A DNA stretch of 64,000 nucleotides, taken from NCBI GenBank assembly GCA_963707915.1, contig OY970178.1:2208001-2272000 (forward strand), read 5' to 3'. This document shows positions 18,581 to 27,568 of the stretch, one piece after another. Within the stretch, counting starts at the first letter, position 1; each line of letters starts with the position of its first letter. The translations under genes and the position numbers were made by a program. Below the pieces are notes generated by a model that was not told the DNA's origin, made no database searches, and was given only the letters and a program-made list of their open reading frames with translations. Source of the stretch: Candidatus Eiseniibacteriota bacterium (GTDB lineage: Bacteria > Eisenbacteria > RBG-16-71-46).

Positions 18581-19822
18581 GTGAAGGACGCCCCCGCCCC
18601 GCTCGATCCCGCCCGCTACGCCATCGCGGGCGTCGCGCCCCGGTCGGTGTCGCGGCCGGGCACCGCCGACGAGGCGGCCGAGGCGCTGCGCGCGGCCGCC
18701 CGCGACCGGCTCGCCGTCGTGCCGTGGGGCGGTGGCGTGGCGCTGGCGCGGGCGCGCGCGCCGGAGCGTTACGACCTGGCGCTCGACCTCGCGGCGCTCG
18801 ACCGCGTGGTCGAGCACCGGCCGGAGGACATGACCCTCACCGCGGAGTGCGGCGTCACGCTCGGGACGCTGCGCGCCGCGCTCGCCGCGCACCGGCAGGA
18901 ACTGTCGCTCGAGGGCGCGCGGGCGGAGCGCGCGACGCTGGGCGGCACGCTGGCCGCGAACGCCTCCGGCCCGCGGCGGCTGCGCTTCGGCGCCCCGCGC
19001 GACCGCATCCTGGGCGCCCGCTTCGCGCTGGCCGACGGCACGCTCGCGCGCAGCGGCGGGCGCGTGGTGAAGAACGTGGCGGGCTACGCCGTGCACCGGC
19101 TGCTGTGCGGCTCGCGCGGCGGGCTCGCCGTGCTGCTCGAGGCCAGCCTCAAGCTCGCGCCCGCCCCGGCGCGGCGCGTGGCGCTGGTCTTCGGCGTGGG
19201 GGAACGGGCGCTGCGGGACGCGGACCGCTGGGCGGCGCTGCCGGGGCTCGAGCCGGCGTTGCTCACGGTGGTCGGCCGCGCGCTCGCCGGCGCGCTGCCC
19301 GTGGCGTCCCCCACCGACCCGTTCACCGTGATCGTGGGCCTCGAGGACGACGAGCTCCGCGTGGCCCAGCAGGTCGCGGAGGTCGAGCGCCGGCTGGGCG
19401 AGCCCGACGCGCGGCTCGAGGACGACTCGGCCGCCGCGCTGTGGCAGACGCTCACCGACCTCGAGGACCTCGACGGCGCGCGGCTCGGCTTCACCGGCGC
19501 GGGGAACACGCCCGCGGCGCTCGCGGCGCTGCTCGAGCGTCCCGCGGTCGCGGCCGCGTCGCTGTTCCACGCGGCGGCGGGGCGGCTGCACGTCTACCCC
19601 GGCCGCGGCGAGGCGCCGGGCCTGCTCGGTCCTCTGGCCGAGGCGGGCTTCTCGCTGATCGATGCCGTCCCGGGCGACGGCGACCCCGCGGGCGTCGCCG
19701 CGCTCGAGCCGCCGGTCGCGCCACAGGCCGCGCTGCTCGCGCTGCGTTCCCGCATCCGCGCGGCGCTGGACCCGGCGGGCGTGATGGCGTCCGGGCCGCG
19801 CTGGGAACACGGCGTCCCATGA
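18581..19822 (+). CDS. glcE: FAD-binding oxidoreductase, GlcE-like
   Basis: 'EHRPEDMT', 'ATLGGTLAANASGPRR', 'GGRVVKNVAGY', 'ALDPAG'. Confidence 0.85.
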   Translation: MKDAPAPLDPARYAIAGVAPRSVSRPGTADEAAEALRAAARDRLAVVPWGGGVALARARAPERYDLALDLAALDRVVEHRPEDMTLTAECGVTLGTLRAALAAHRQELSLEGARAERATLGGTLAANASGPRRLRFGAPRDRILGARFALADGTLARSGGRVVKNVAGYAVHRLLCGSRGGLAVLLEASLKLAPAPARRVALVFGVGERALRDADRWAALPGLEPALLTVVGRALAGALPVASPTDPFTVIVGLEDDELRVAQQVAEVERRLGEPDARLEDDSAAALWQTLTDLEDLDGARLGFTGAGNTPAALAALLERPAVAAASLFHAAAGRLHVYPGRGEAPGLLGPLAEAGFSLIDAVPGDGDPAGVAALEPPVAPQAALLALRSRIRAALDPAGVMASGPRWEHGVP

Positions 19823-19901
19823 GCCGAAACCGCCTTTCGACGCCGCTCGCCGCCCCCGGCGATCGGCCTCCCCCCGTGCACCGACCTGGAGCGTCCCCGG
19901 C

Positions 19902-20297
19902 ATGCCGCATCTGACCCTCGAGTACTCGAACAACCTGCCCGCGCCGGTGGACTTCGACGGGATCTTCGCCCGCCTGCACGCGACCCTCGCCGAGATCGGG
20001 CCCTTCCCGCTGGCCTGGATCAAGAGCCGCGCCGTCCCGCACGACGTGTTCCGGGTCGGCGCCGGGGCGCCGGAGAGCGTCTTCGTCCACCTGACCGCGT
20101 CCATCCTGACCGGTCGCGACCTCGAGCAGCGGCGGCGGATCGGCGAACGGCTGCTCCTCGTCCTGCGCGAGGGGTTCGCGCAGGCCTGGGACGGGTGTCC
20201 GTGCGACCTCACCGTGGACGTCCACGAGATGACGCGCGAGACCTACGCGAAGGCGGCGAACGAACGGGCGCAGGCGGCGTCCCCGCCCCCGGGGTGA
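19902..20297 (+). CDS. 5-carboxymethyl-2-hydroxymuconate isomerase family protein
   Basis: N-terminal 'MPHLTLEYSNNL' (catalytic Pro), 'IKSRA', 'FVHL...GR'. Confidence 0.88.
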   Translation: MPHLTLEYSNNLPAPVDFDGIFARLHATLAEIGPFPLAWIKSRAVPHDVFRVGAGAPESVFVHLTASILTGRDLEQRRRIGERLLLVLREGFAQAWDGCPCDLTVDVHEMTRETYAKAANERAQAASPPPG

Positions 20298-20312
20298 CCC
20301 TTCGGGTCCGGG

Positions 20313-22595
20313 CTAGCGCTGCAGCAGGTACGAGACCTTGAAGAACGCGGTGTGGCCCGTGGCCCGGTTCCGGCCGGCGATCCGGTCGGCGTCGCCGTTG
20401 TAGCCCAGGTAGATCACCGAGCCGGGGTGGATGACGTAGCCGACCAGGGCGTCGGCGTCCAGGTGTCTCGTCTCGGTCTCGTACTGCGGGTAGACGCGCG
20501 TGTAGAGCCGCCGCGTGAACTGCCAGGTGGTCTTCGCGCCCAGCGTCCACACGTCGTAGAGCAGGTCGCGGCCGTGGTCGCGCGAGAACCGGCTGCGGTT
20601 CACGGCGAGCTCCGCGGTGAGCCGCGGCGACGGCCGAACGCCGGCTTCGACCTCGTACGCCTCGGACCAGCCGCGGAACGAAGTGGCGTCGCTGTCGCCG
20701 TAGTACAGGCCGTCCCCCAGCAGGACCTCCACGTCGAGCGCGAGCGCCTTCCAGGTGGAGTTCTGCGCGAACAGCGACCACACGGTCTTGAGGTAGTCCC
20801 GCGACTGCCAGCGCTCCTGGATGCGTTCCACCATGGTGTGGACCAGGGTCTGCTTCTGGAACCTCCATTCCATCATCGGGCTCACCCACCACTCCTGGAG
20901 GCGGCCGGACCGGTCGTGCATGACGTAGCCCTCGAGCATGGGCTGGATCGAGCGCACGACGGCGCTGTGCGGCCGCACCATGAAGCTGGAGTTCACGCGG
21001 GTCCGGCGCAGGTCCACGCGGCTGAGGAAGCCGGACTCGGCCCGGAAGTCCGGACCCAGGTACTGGTGGAACAGCTGCAGCTCGCGGATGCCGTCGCTGT
21101 AGTCGAACTCCCCGCCGTAGGCGACGTCCTCGCTCGTGTCGCGCCGCCGCTCCCGGCCGACGAGGCCGCCGCCGCCATCGGAGCGGTTCGAGAAACGGAG
21201 GGTGTCGGCGTTCGTCCGGCTCCCTGCGACCTGCCCGTGGAAGAACCAGCGGCGCGACAGGCGCACGTCGGCGTCGGCGGCGAACACGGCGTTCGCGCCG
21301 CCGTCGGGGACGAGGGTCTCGCCGATCACGGCGGGCACGGCGATCTGCCCCGCCCGGTCGCTCTGGTGCAGCGCCACCAGCGCGCCCACGCTCGAGTTCT
21401 CGCCGATCTCCCACGCCGCGCGCCCGAGATGGAACCAGCCCCTGGTCGAGGTGCCCTCGGACGGCCCGCCGCCCACGCCGGCCAGGGAACCGCCGCCGTC
21501 GTCGCGCACCACGAGGCCGCCCAGGCGCACGTGCCCGAGCCGGCCGGTGAGCTTGGTCCCGTAGGCCGGGTCGGCGATGCGCCGCGTGTAGATCAGGTCG
21601 AAGGCGGTGCCGAAGATGTCCCCGCCCTCGAGGAAGAACGGGCGCTTCTCCTCGTACTGCAGCGGATAGCGCTGGTTCACGTCGATCTGCAGCGCGTCGG
21701 CCTCGATCTGGCTGAAGTCGGGGTGGAGCGTGGCGTTGAGCACCATCGTGGAGGACAGCGCGACGCGGGCGTCGAGCCCCATGTCCCCCTGCCGCCGCTC
21801 CGCCCACGGCCCGGCGACCCCGGCGTCGTCGAAGGCGCGCTGCGACGAGAGGGTCGACGCCGCGTAGGGCTGCAGGTCGACCAGGCCGCCGCCTCGCAGG
21901 CCGGCCAGCCCGGTGAGATCGGCCGCCTGCAGCATGACGTCGCCGCCCTCACCCAGTCGGTAGAGCGGCCACGAGCAGACCTCGTCGTTCTTCTGGATCT
22001 GGCGGCGGATCCACAGTCCCCACGTGCCGGGCCCGTTCCCGGGGAAGCGCAGGGTGCGCAGCGGGATCGCCAGCTCCGCGGTCCAACCCGCGCTGTCGCG
22101 CGTGGCCTCGGCGTCCCAGACCCCGTCCCACTGCGTGTCGAGCTCGCCCCCGGTGAAGATGCCGTCGACCTGCACGCCGTACGGGTTGACGCCGAAAGTG
22201 AAGGCCCGGTGCCGGTCGAGGTAGGGGTCGAGGTGCACCCGGATGTTGTCGAGCTCCAGGACCTGGTCGCGCGGCGCCAGGCTGGCGCGGATCGCCCCGG
22301 GCCCGCGGTTCCAGCAGCGGCAGCCGAAGGTGAGGCTCGTCCCGTCGAAGAGCACGCGAACCTCGGTGGACTCGGAGGGCGCCTCGCCCTCGCGGTCCTC
22401 GATGAGGCGGAAGCCCGAGATCGGGGTGGCGCGCGCCCAGTCGGGCTCGTCGAGCACGCCGTCCACGCGGATGGGGCCGGTCGCGCGCACCGCGGCCGCC
22501 TGCGGGCGCTCGGCCGGGCCCGCGGGCGGGACGAAGACCAGCAGCGCGGCCAGGGCGGCCAGGGCGCCCGGGAGGTGGGGGACGGGACGCGGCAT
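20313..22595 (-). CDS. CBM9-like + DUF5916 secreted/outer-membrane protein
   Basis: Signal peptide, 'IRVDGVLDEPDW', 'VNPYGVQVD', 'WTAELAIP', 'PDFSQIEAD', 'EKRPFFLEG', C-terminal 'FFKVSYLL'. Confidence 0.85.
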   Translation of the reverse strand: MPRPVPHLPGALAALAALLVFVPPAGPAERPQAAAVRATGPIRVDGVLDEPDWARATPISGFRLIEDREGEAPSESTEVRVLFDGTSLTFGCRCWNRGPGAIRASLAPRDQVLELDNIRVHLDPYLDRHRAFTFGVNPYGVQVDGIFTGGELDTQWDGVWDAEATRDSAGWTAELAIPLRTLRFPGNGPGTWGLWIRRQIQKNDEVCSWPLYRLGEGGDVMLQAADLTGLAGLRGGGLVDLQPYAASTLSSQRAFDDAGVAGPWAERRQGDMGLDARVALSSTMVLNATLHPDFSQIEADALQIDVNQRYPLQYEEKRPFFLEGGDIFGTAFDLIYTRRIADPAYGTKLTGRLGHVRLGGLVVRDDGGGSLAGVGGGPSEGTSTRGWFHLGRAAWEIGENSSVGALVALHQSDRAGQIAVPAVIGETLVPDGGANAVFAADADVRLSRRWFFHGQVAGSRTNADTLRFSNRSDGGGGLVGRERRRDTSEDVAYGGEFDYSDGIRELQLFHQYLGPDFRAESGFLSRVDLRRTRVNSSFMVRPHSAVVRSIQPMLEGYVMHDRSGRLQEWWVSPMMEWRFQKQTLVHTMVERIQERWQSRDYLKTVWSLFAQNSTWKALALDVEVLLGDGLYYGDSDATSFRGWSEAYEVEAGVRPSPRLTAELAVNRSRFSRDHGRDLLYDVWTLGAKTTWQFTRRLYTRVYPQYETETRHLDADALVGYVIHPGSVIYLGYNGDADRIAGRNRATGHTAFFKVSYLLQR

Positions 22596-22751
22596 GCGGC
22601 TAGCTGTTACCACGACCCCGGAGGCGGAATCAAGGCCCCGCGCGGCACGGTCCGGCCGGGCCACCCGGTGCCGGGCCCCGCGCACGGGTTCCGCGCCGGC
22701 CCGTTCGCCTGCTAGCTTCCGCGGCGGAGGGCCCTTCTCAAGGAGGTCGTC

Positions 22752-23756
22752 ATGTCGTGGACCACGCTACTGCCCATCGTCCTGCTCGTCGCGTCCCCCG
22801 CCGCGCCGGGTGCGCCGCCGCGGCCCGCCCCGCTCGCGCACACGTTCTCCATCGTCGCCCGCGACTCCCTCACCGGCGAGCTGGGCGTGGCGGTGCAGTC
22901 GCACTACTTCTCCGTCGGCCCGAGCGTGCCCTGGGCCGAGGCCGGTGTGGGCGCGGTCGCCACGCAGTCGCTGGTGCTGGTGGACTACGGCCCCAACGGC
23001 CTCGACCTGATGCGCGCCGGGCTCCCGGCGCAGCAGGCGCTCGACTCGCTGCTGCGCGCCGACGCGCACAACGAGGGCCGGCAGGTGGCGATGGTGGACG
23101 CGCGCGGCGGCGTGGCCGCGTACACCGGCCGGGGCTGCATCCCCGACGCGGGGCACCACCGCGGCGCGCAGTACTCCGTGCAGGCGAACCTCATGGCGAA
23201 CGACCGCGTCTGGCCCGCCATGGCGCAGGCGTACGAGAGGACGCCGGGCGACCTGGCCGAGCGGCTGCTCGCCGCGCTCGACGCCGCGCAGCAGGCGGGC
23301 GGCGACCAGCGCGGCCGCCAGTCGGCGGCGATCGTGGTGGTGAAGGCGCGCTCGAGCGGCAAGCCGTGGGCCGACCGGCTCTTCGACCTGCGGGTCGAGG
23401 ACAGCCCGGAGCCGCTCCGCGAGCTGCGGCGGCTGGTGCGCCTGCGGCGCGCCTACCGCCTCGAGGACGCCGGCGACGACGCCATCGCCGGGCAGCGGCC
23501 CGACGAGGCGCTGCGCGACTACGAGGCGGCGATGAAGCTCGCGCCCGAGGTCGTGGAGCTGCAGTTCTGGGCCGCGGTCTCGATGTACACGAACGGCCGC
23601 CGGCCGGAGGCGCTGCCGCTCTTCCGGAAGGTGTTCGCCCGGGAGGCGCGCTGGGTGCCGCTGGTGGAGCGCCTGTCGAAGGCGGGGCTGTTCCCCGACG
23701 ATCCGAAGCAGGTCGCCGAGGTCCAGGCGCAGGCGGTGAAGGGCGCACGCTGGTGA
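22752..23756 (+). CDS. DUF1028 (Ntn-hydrolase-like) protein with signal peptide and C-terminal TPR
   Basis: 'TFSIVARD..TGELGVAVQS', 'GAVATQS', 'GGDQRGRQSAA', 'DLRVED'. Confidence 0.9.
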   Translation: MSWTTLLPIVLLVASPAAPGAPPRPAPLAHTFSIVARDSLTGELGVAVQSHYFSVGPSVPWAEAGVGAVATQSLVLVDYGPNGLDLMRAGLPAQQALDSLLRADAHNEGRQVAMVDARGGVAAYTGRGCIPDAGHHRGAQYSVQANLMANDRVWPAMAQAYERTPGDLAERLLAALDAAQQAGGDQRGRQSAAIVVVKARSSGKPWADRLFDLRVEDSPEPLRELRRLVRLRRAYRLEDAGDDAIAGQRPDEALRDYEAAMKLAPEVVELQFWAAVSMYTNGRRPEALPLFRKVFAREARWVPLVERLSKAGLFPDDPKQVAEVQAQAVKGARW

Positions 23757-23821
23757 GCAGCATCCTCGACCACGGACCGTCGCGCTTCGCCGAGCGCCGC
23801 CCCCGCGGTAGACTCGGCGGC

Positions 23822-25666
23822 ATGTCCGCCCCCACGACGCGCGTGCGTTTCTCGCAGGCGTGGCGCGACGCCCGCGACCTGCTGCGCCAGCACCGGAGCC
23901 GGCTGCTGGTCGGCTTCGGGCTGATGCTGGTGAACCGCGCGGCCGGATTCGTGCTCCCGGCGGCGCCCAAGTTCGTGATCGACGACGCCATCGGGCAGCA
24001 CCGTCCCGAGCTGCTGCCGCTGATCGCGCTCGCGCTCGGCGTCGCCACCGTGATCCAGGCCGGGACCTCGTTCGTCCTCTCCCAGCTCCTCGGCGTCGCG
24101 GCCCAGCGCGCCATCACCGACATGCGCAAGAAGGTGATGGCCCACGTCACGCGCCTGCCGGTGCGCTACTTCGACGCCACCCAGACGGGCGTGCTGATCT
24201 CGCGCATCATGACCGACGCCGAGGGCGTGCGGAACCTGGTCGGCACCGGGCTGGTGCAGCTCGCCAGCAGCCTGGTCACCGCGGCGGTCGCGCTGGTCTG
24301 GCTGTTCGCGATCTCCTGGCAGCTCACGCTGCTGAACCTGGTCTTCCTCGCGATCTTCGGCGCCGGGATGACCTTCGCCTTCGGCACGCTGCGGCCGCTG
24401 TTCCGCGAGCGCGGGAAGATCAACGCCGACGTCACCGGCCGGCTGGGCGAGACGCTCAGCGGCGTGCGCGTGGTGAAGGCCTACACCGCCGAGCGTCGCG
24501 AGCAGATCGTCTTCGCCCGCGGGGCGCACCGGCTGTTCCGCAACATCGCGCGCACCATGACCGGCGTCTCGGCGATCGGCGCGGTCTCGGGCGTGATCGC
24601 CGGCGGCATCGGCATCCTCATGATCCTGGTGGGCGGTCCCGCCATCCTCGGCGGCCGCATGACGCTCGGCACCTTCGGCACCTACGTGGCGCTGACCGGG
24701 ATGCTGGCCGCGCCGCTCATCCAGCTCGCCTCGATCGGCACCCAGATGAGCGAGGCCTTCGCCGGGCTCGACCGCATCCGCGAGGTGATGGGCACCCCGA
24801 CCGAGCGGGACGGGCAGGGCCCCGGGACGCTCGAGGCCCTGCGCGGCGACATCGCCTTCGAGCACGTCTCGTTCGAGTACACCGCGGGCGAGCCGGTGCT
24901 GAAGGACGTCAGCTTCTCGGCCCCCGCCGGGGCCACGACCGCGCTGGTCGGGTCGAGCGGCTCGGGCAAGAGCACGCTCATCGGCCTGGTCATGGCCTTC
25001 AACCAGCCGCAGTCGGGGCGCATCCTGGTGGATGGACGCGACCTCGCCGGCCTGCGGCTGGAGGACTACCGCGCGCGCCTGGGGGTGGTGCTGCAGGAGA
25101 ACTTCCTCTTCGACGGCACCATCGCGGAGAACATCGCCTTCTCGCGGCCCGCCGCCGGCCCCGAGGAGATCCGCGCGGTGGCGCACATCGCCCACTGCGA
25201 CGAGTTCGCGGAGCGCTTCCCGCAGGGCTTCGACACGGTCGTGGGCGAGCGCGGCATCCGGCTCTCGGGCGGGCAGCGCCAGCGCATCGCCATCGCGCGC
25301 GCCATCCTCGCCGACCCGCGCATCCTGATCCTCGACGAGGCCACCTCGAGCCTCGACTCGGAGAGCGAGCAGATGATCCAGGACGGCCTGCGGCGGCTGC
25401 GGCGCGGGCGCACCACGTTCGTCATCGCGCACCGGCTCTCCACCATCCGCAGCGCCGACCAGATCCTCGTGCTCGAGGCCGGCGCGATCGTCGAGCGCGG
25501 CACGCACGACGAGCTGTTCGCGCTGGGCGGGCGCTACCGGCAGCTCCACGACAAGCAGTACCAGATCGAGTTCGACCGCTTCATCAACCCGGGCGAGGAC
25601 TTCACCCCCGAGCCGGCGGGGCACGAGCCCGCGGCGGCCGGGACGCCCGCGCGGGAGGCCCTGTGA
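23822..25666 (+). CDS. ABC exporter, fused permease/ATP-binding
   Basis: Six-helix TMD; GSSGSGKS, LSGGQRQR, ILDEATSSLD. Confidence 0.95.
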   Translation: MSAPTTRVRFSQAWRDARDLLRQHRSRLLVGFGLMLVNRAAGFVLPAAPKFVIDDAIGQHRPELLPLIALALGVATVIQAGTSFVLSQLLGVAAQRAITDMRKKVMAHVTRLPVRYFDATQTGVLISRIMTDAEGVRNLVGTGLVQLASSLVTAAVALVWLFAISWQLTLLNLVFLAIFGAGMTFAFGTLRPLFRERGKINADVTGRLGETLSGVRVVKAYTAERREQIVFARGAHRLFRNIARTMTGVSAIGAVSGVIAGGIGILMILVGGPAILGGRMTLGTFGTYVALTGMLAAPLIQLASIGTQMSEAFAGLDRIREVMGTPTERDGQGPGTLEALRGDIAFEHVSFEYTAGEPVLKDVSFSAPAGATTALVGSSGSGKSTLIGLVMAFNQPQSGRILVDGRDLAGLRLEDYRARLGVVLQENFLFDGTIAENIAFSRPAAGPEEIRAVAHIAHCDEFAERFPQGFDTVVGERGIRLSGGQRQRIAIARAILADPRILILDEATSSLDSESEQMIQDGLRRLRRGRTTFVIAHRLSTIRSADQILVLEAGAIVERGTHDELFALGGRYRQLHDKQYQIEFDRFINPGEDFTPEPAGHEPAAAGTPAREAL

Positions 25667-26382
25667 GCCGCGCCCGGAACGCCGCGCTCGCCCTCGCCGT
25701 CCTGGGCTGCCTCGCGACCGCCTGCGCGCCGTTCGGCCGGCGCGAGGATGCGCACCTCGCCGTCGTGTCGGCCAGCCGCCGGACCTTCCGCGTCCCCGCG
25801 CCCGCCGGGATGGTCTCGGACCTCGGCCGCGATCCGGGGTCCGACGCGGGCTTCCGCGTCGCCGTGCCGTCGGACCTCGAGATGCTCGCGCACTTCTCGC
25901 CCGAGGACACCGCGTCGGGCGGCTGGCACGCCTCGTTCGAGATGGCGCGCAGCCTGCCGGAGGACGACGCGAGCTCGCAGGCGCTGTTCGCCGAGATGCG
26001 CAAGTTCATGCCGCGGCGCTACGAGCGCGCCCGGGCCGCGGCGCGGCCCGCGATCGCCGCGCTGGCGCAGAGCCTGCGCGCGGGCACCAGCGACCCGGCC
26101 GCGGCGGACGTCGCGGTCCTGCCGCGCGAGCAGGTGCCCATCACCATCACCCGGGACGACGCGCAGGCCATCATCGGCTTCGCGCTGATCGGCATGCCCG
26201 AGTCGGCCGACGGCCTCACCGGCCCCCGCGCCGCGCTGGTCGGCACCGCCGTGCTGCTGCTGAAGAATCGGGTCAGCTACCTGTACTACGTGGGCCGACT
26301 GCCGGCCCAGGGCGCCCCCCTGGCCCGGATCCAGCCGGCCCTCGAGGCCTGGACCGCAGAGGTGCTGGCCGCCAACCGGTAG
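25663..26382 (+). CDS. Hypothetical lipoprotein
   Basis: GTG overlaps the ABC stop; lipobox-like 'LATAC'; coding-like composition. Confidence 0.7.
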   Translation: MSRARNAALALAVLGCLATACAPFGRREDAHLAVVSASRRTFRVPAPAGMVSDLGRDPGSDAGFRVAVPSDLEMLAHFSPEDTASGGWHASFEMARSLPEDDASSQALFAEMRKFMPRRYERARAAARPAIAALAQSLRAGTSDPAAADVAVLPREQVPITITRDDAQAIIGFALIGMPESADGLTGPRAALVGTAVLLLKNRVSYLYYVGRLPAQGAPLARIQPALEAWTAEVLAANR

Positions 26383-26467
26383 GACGGCGGGCTCATCCGG
26401 CAGCGCGCATCGTCAGGGCCGTGCAATCCGCGTGCGCCGCGCGCGGACCCGGGGCATCTATCCCTCC

Positions 26468-27496
26468 ATGAGACCCCTTCGACTCGCCGTCCTCGCACTC
26501 GCCACGCTCGCCCCGGCCCTGGCGCCCATGCCGGGCGCCGGCGCGGAGCGCCGCCAGGAGCCCCCCGTGCCCACGACCACCAGCACCTCCCTGCCCGCGG
26601 TCGGGCAGCCCGCGCCCGACTTCACGCTGCCCTCGACCACGGGCCACGACGTCACGCTCTCGCGATTCCGTGGCCGGACCGTCGTGCTCTACTTCTACCC
26701 GAAGGACGAGACGCCGGGCTGCACCAAGGAAGCCTGCGACTTCCGCGATCACACCGCCGACCTCGAGAAGGCCGGCGTCGTGGTGCTGGGCGTGTCGAAC
26801 GACGACCTGAAGTCGCACCGGCACTTCCAGTCGAAGGAGAAGCTCCCCTTCCCGCTGCTCGCGGACGTGGACGCGAAGGTGTCCAGGCTCTACGGCGTCT
26901 ACGGCCGGCAGAGCGTCGTCGGCATCCCCTACACCGGCATCGCCCGCACGACCTTCGTGATCGGCCGGGACGGGCGCATCGCGCGCGTCTGGCCGAAGGT
27001 GAGCGTCAACGGCCACGTCGAGGAGGTGCTGGAGTTCGTCCGCGCCGGCGAGCCCGCCGGGGCGACCGGGGGCCCGGCCGAGCCCGCCCACGACGACCCG
27101 GCGAGGATCGTGAGGAGCGATGCCGAGTGGCGCGGCATCCTCACGCCCGAGCAGTACCGCGTGCTGCGCGGCGCGGACACCGAGCTCGCCTGCTCGGGCA
27201 AGTACTGGAACGAGCACCGGCACGGCATCTACCGCTGCGCGGCCTGCGGCTACGACCTGTTCGATTCGAAGACCAAGTTCGACTCGGGCACCGGCTGGCC
27301 CAGCTTCTGGTCGCCGATCTCGGCCGCGCGCCTGCAGGTCGTGAAGGACACCACCCTGGGCATGGAACGCGAGGAGGTGCGCTGCGCCCGCTGCGGCTCC
27401 CACCTCGGCCACGTCTTCGGCGACGGCCCGAAGCCGACCGGGCAGCGCTACTGCATGAACTCGCTGGCGCTGAGTTTCGTCGAGACGCGGAAGTAG
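26468..27496 (+). CDS. msrB: Secreted fusion of BCP-type peroxiredoxin and methionine-R-sulfoxide reductase MsrB
   Basis: Signal peptide; 'YFYPKDETPGCTKEACDFRD'; 'CAAC', 'SGTGWPSF', 'CARCGSHLGHVF.DGP', 'RYCMNS'. Confidence 0.92.
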   Translation: MRPLRLAVLALATLAPALAPMPGAGAERRQEPPVPTTTSTSLPAVGQPAPDFTLPSTTGHDVTLSRFRGRTVVLYFYPKDETPGCTKEACDFRDHTADLEKAGVVVLGVSNDDLKSHRHFQSKEKLPFPLLADVDAKVSRLYGVYGRQSVVGIPYTGIARTTFVIGRDGRIARVWPKVSVNGHVEEVLEFVRAGEPAGATGGPAEPAHDDPARIVRSDAEWRGILTPEQYRVLRGADTELACSGKYWNEHRHGIYRCAACGYDLFDSKTKFDSGTGWPSFWSPISAARLQVVKDTTLGMEREEVRCARCGSHLGHVFGDGPKPTGQRYCMNSLALSFVETRK

Positions 27497-27568
27497 GCCC
27501 CGACCCGTCCGGGCACGCGGCGGGGCATCGCGGGCCCCCGCGCCCGCCCCTGTGCTAGCGTGCCCGCC

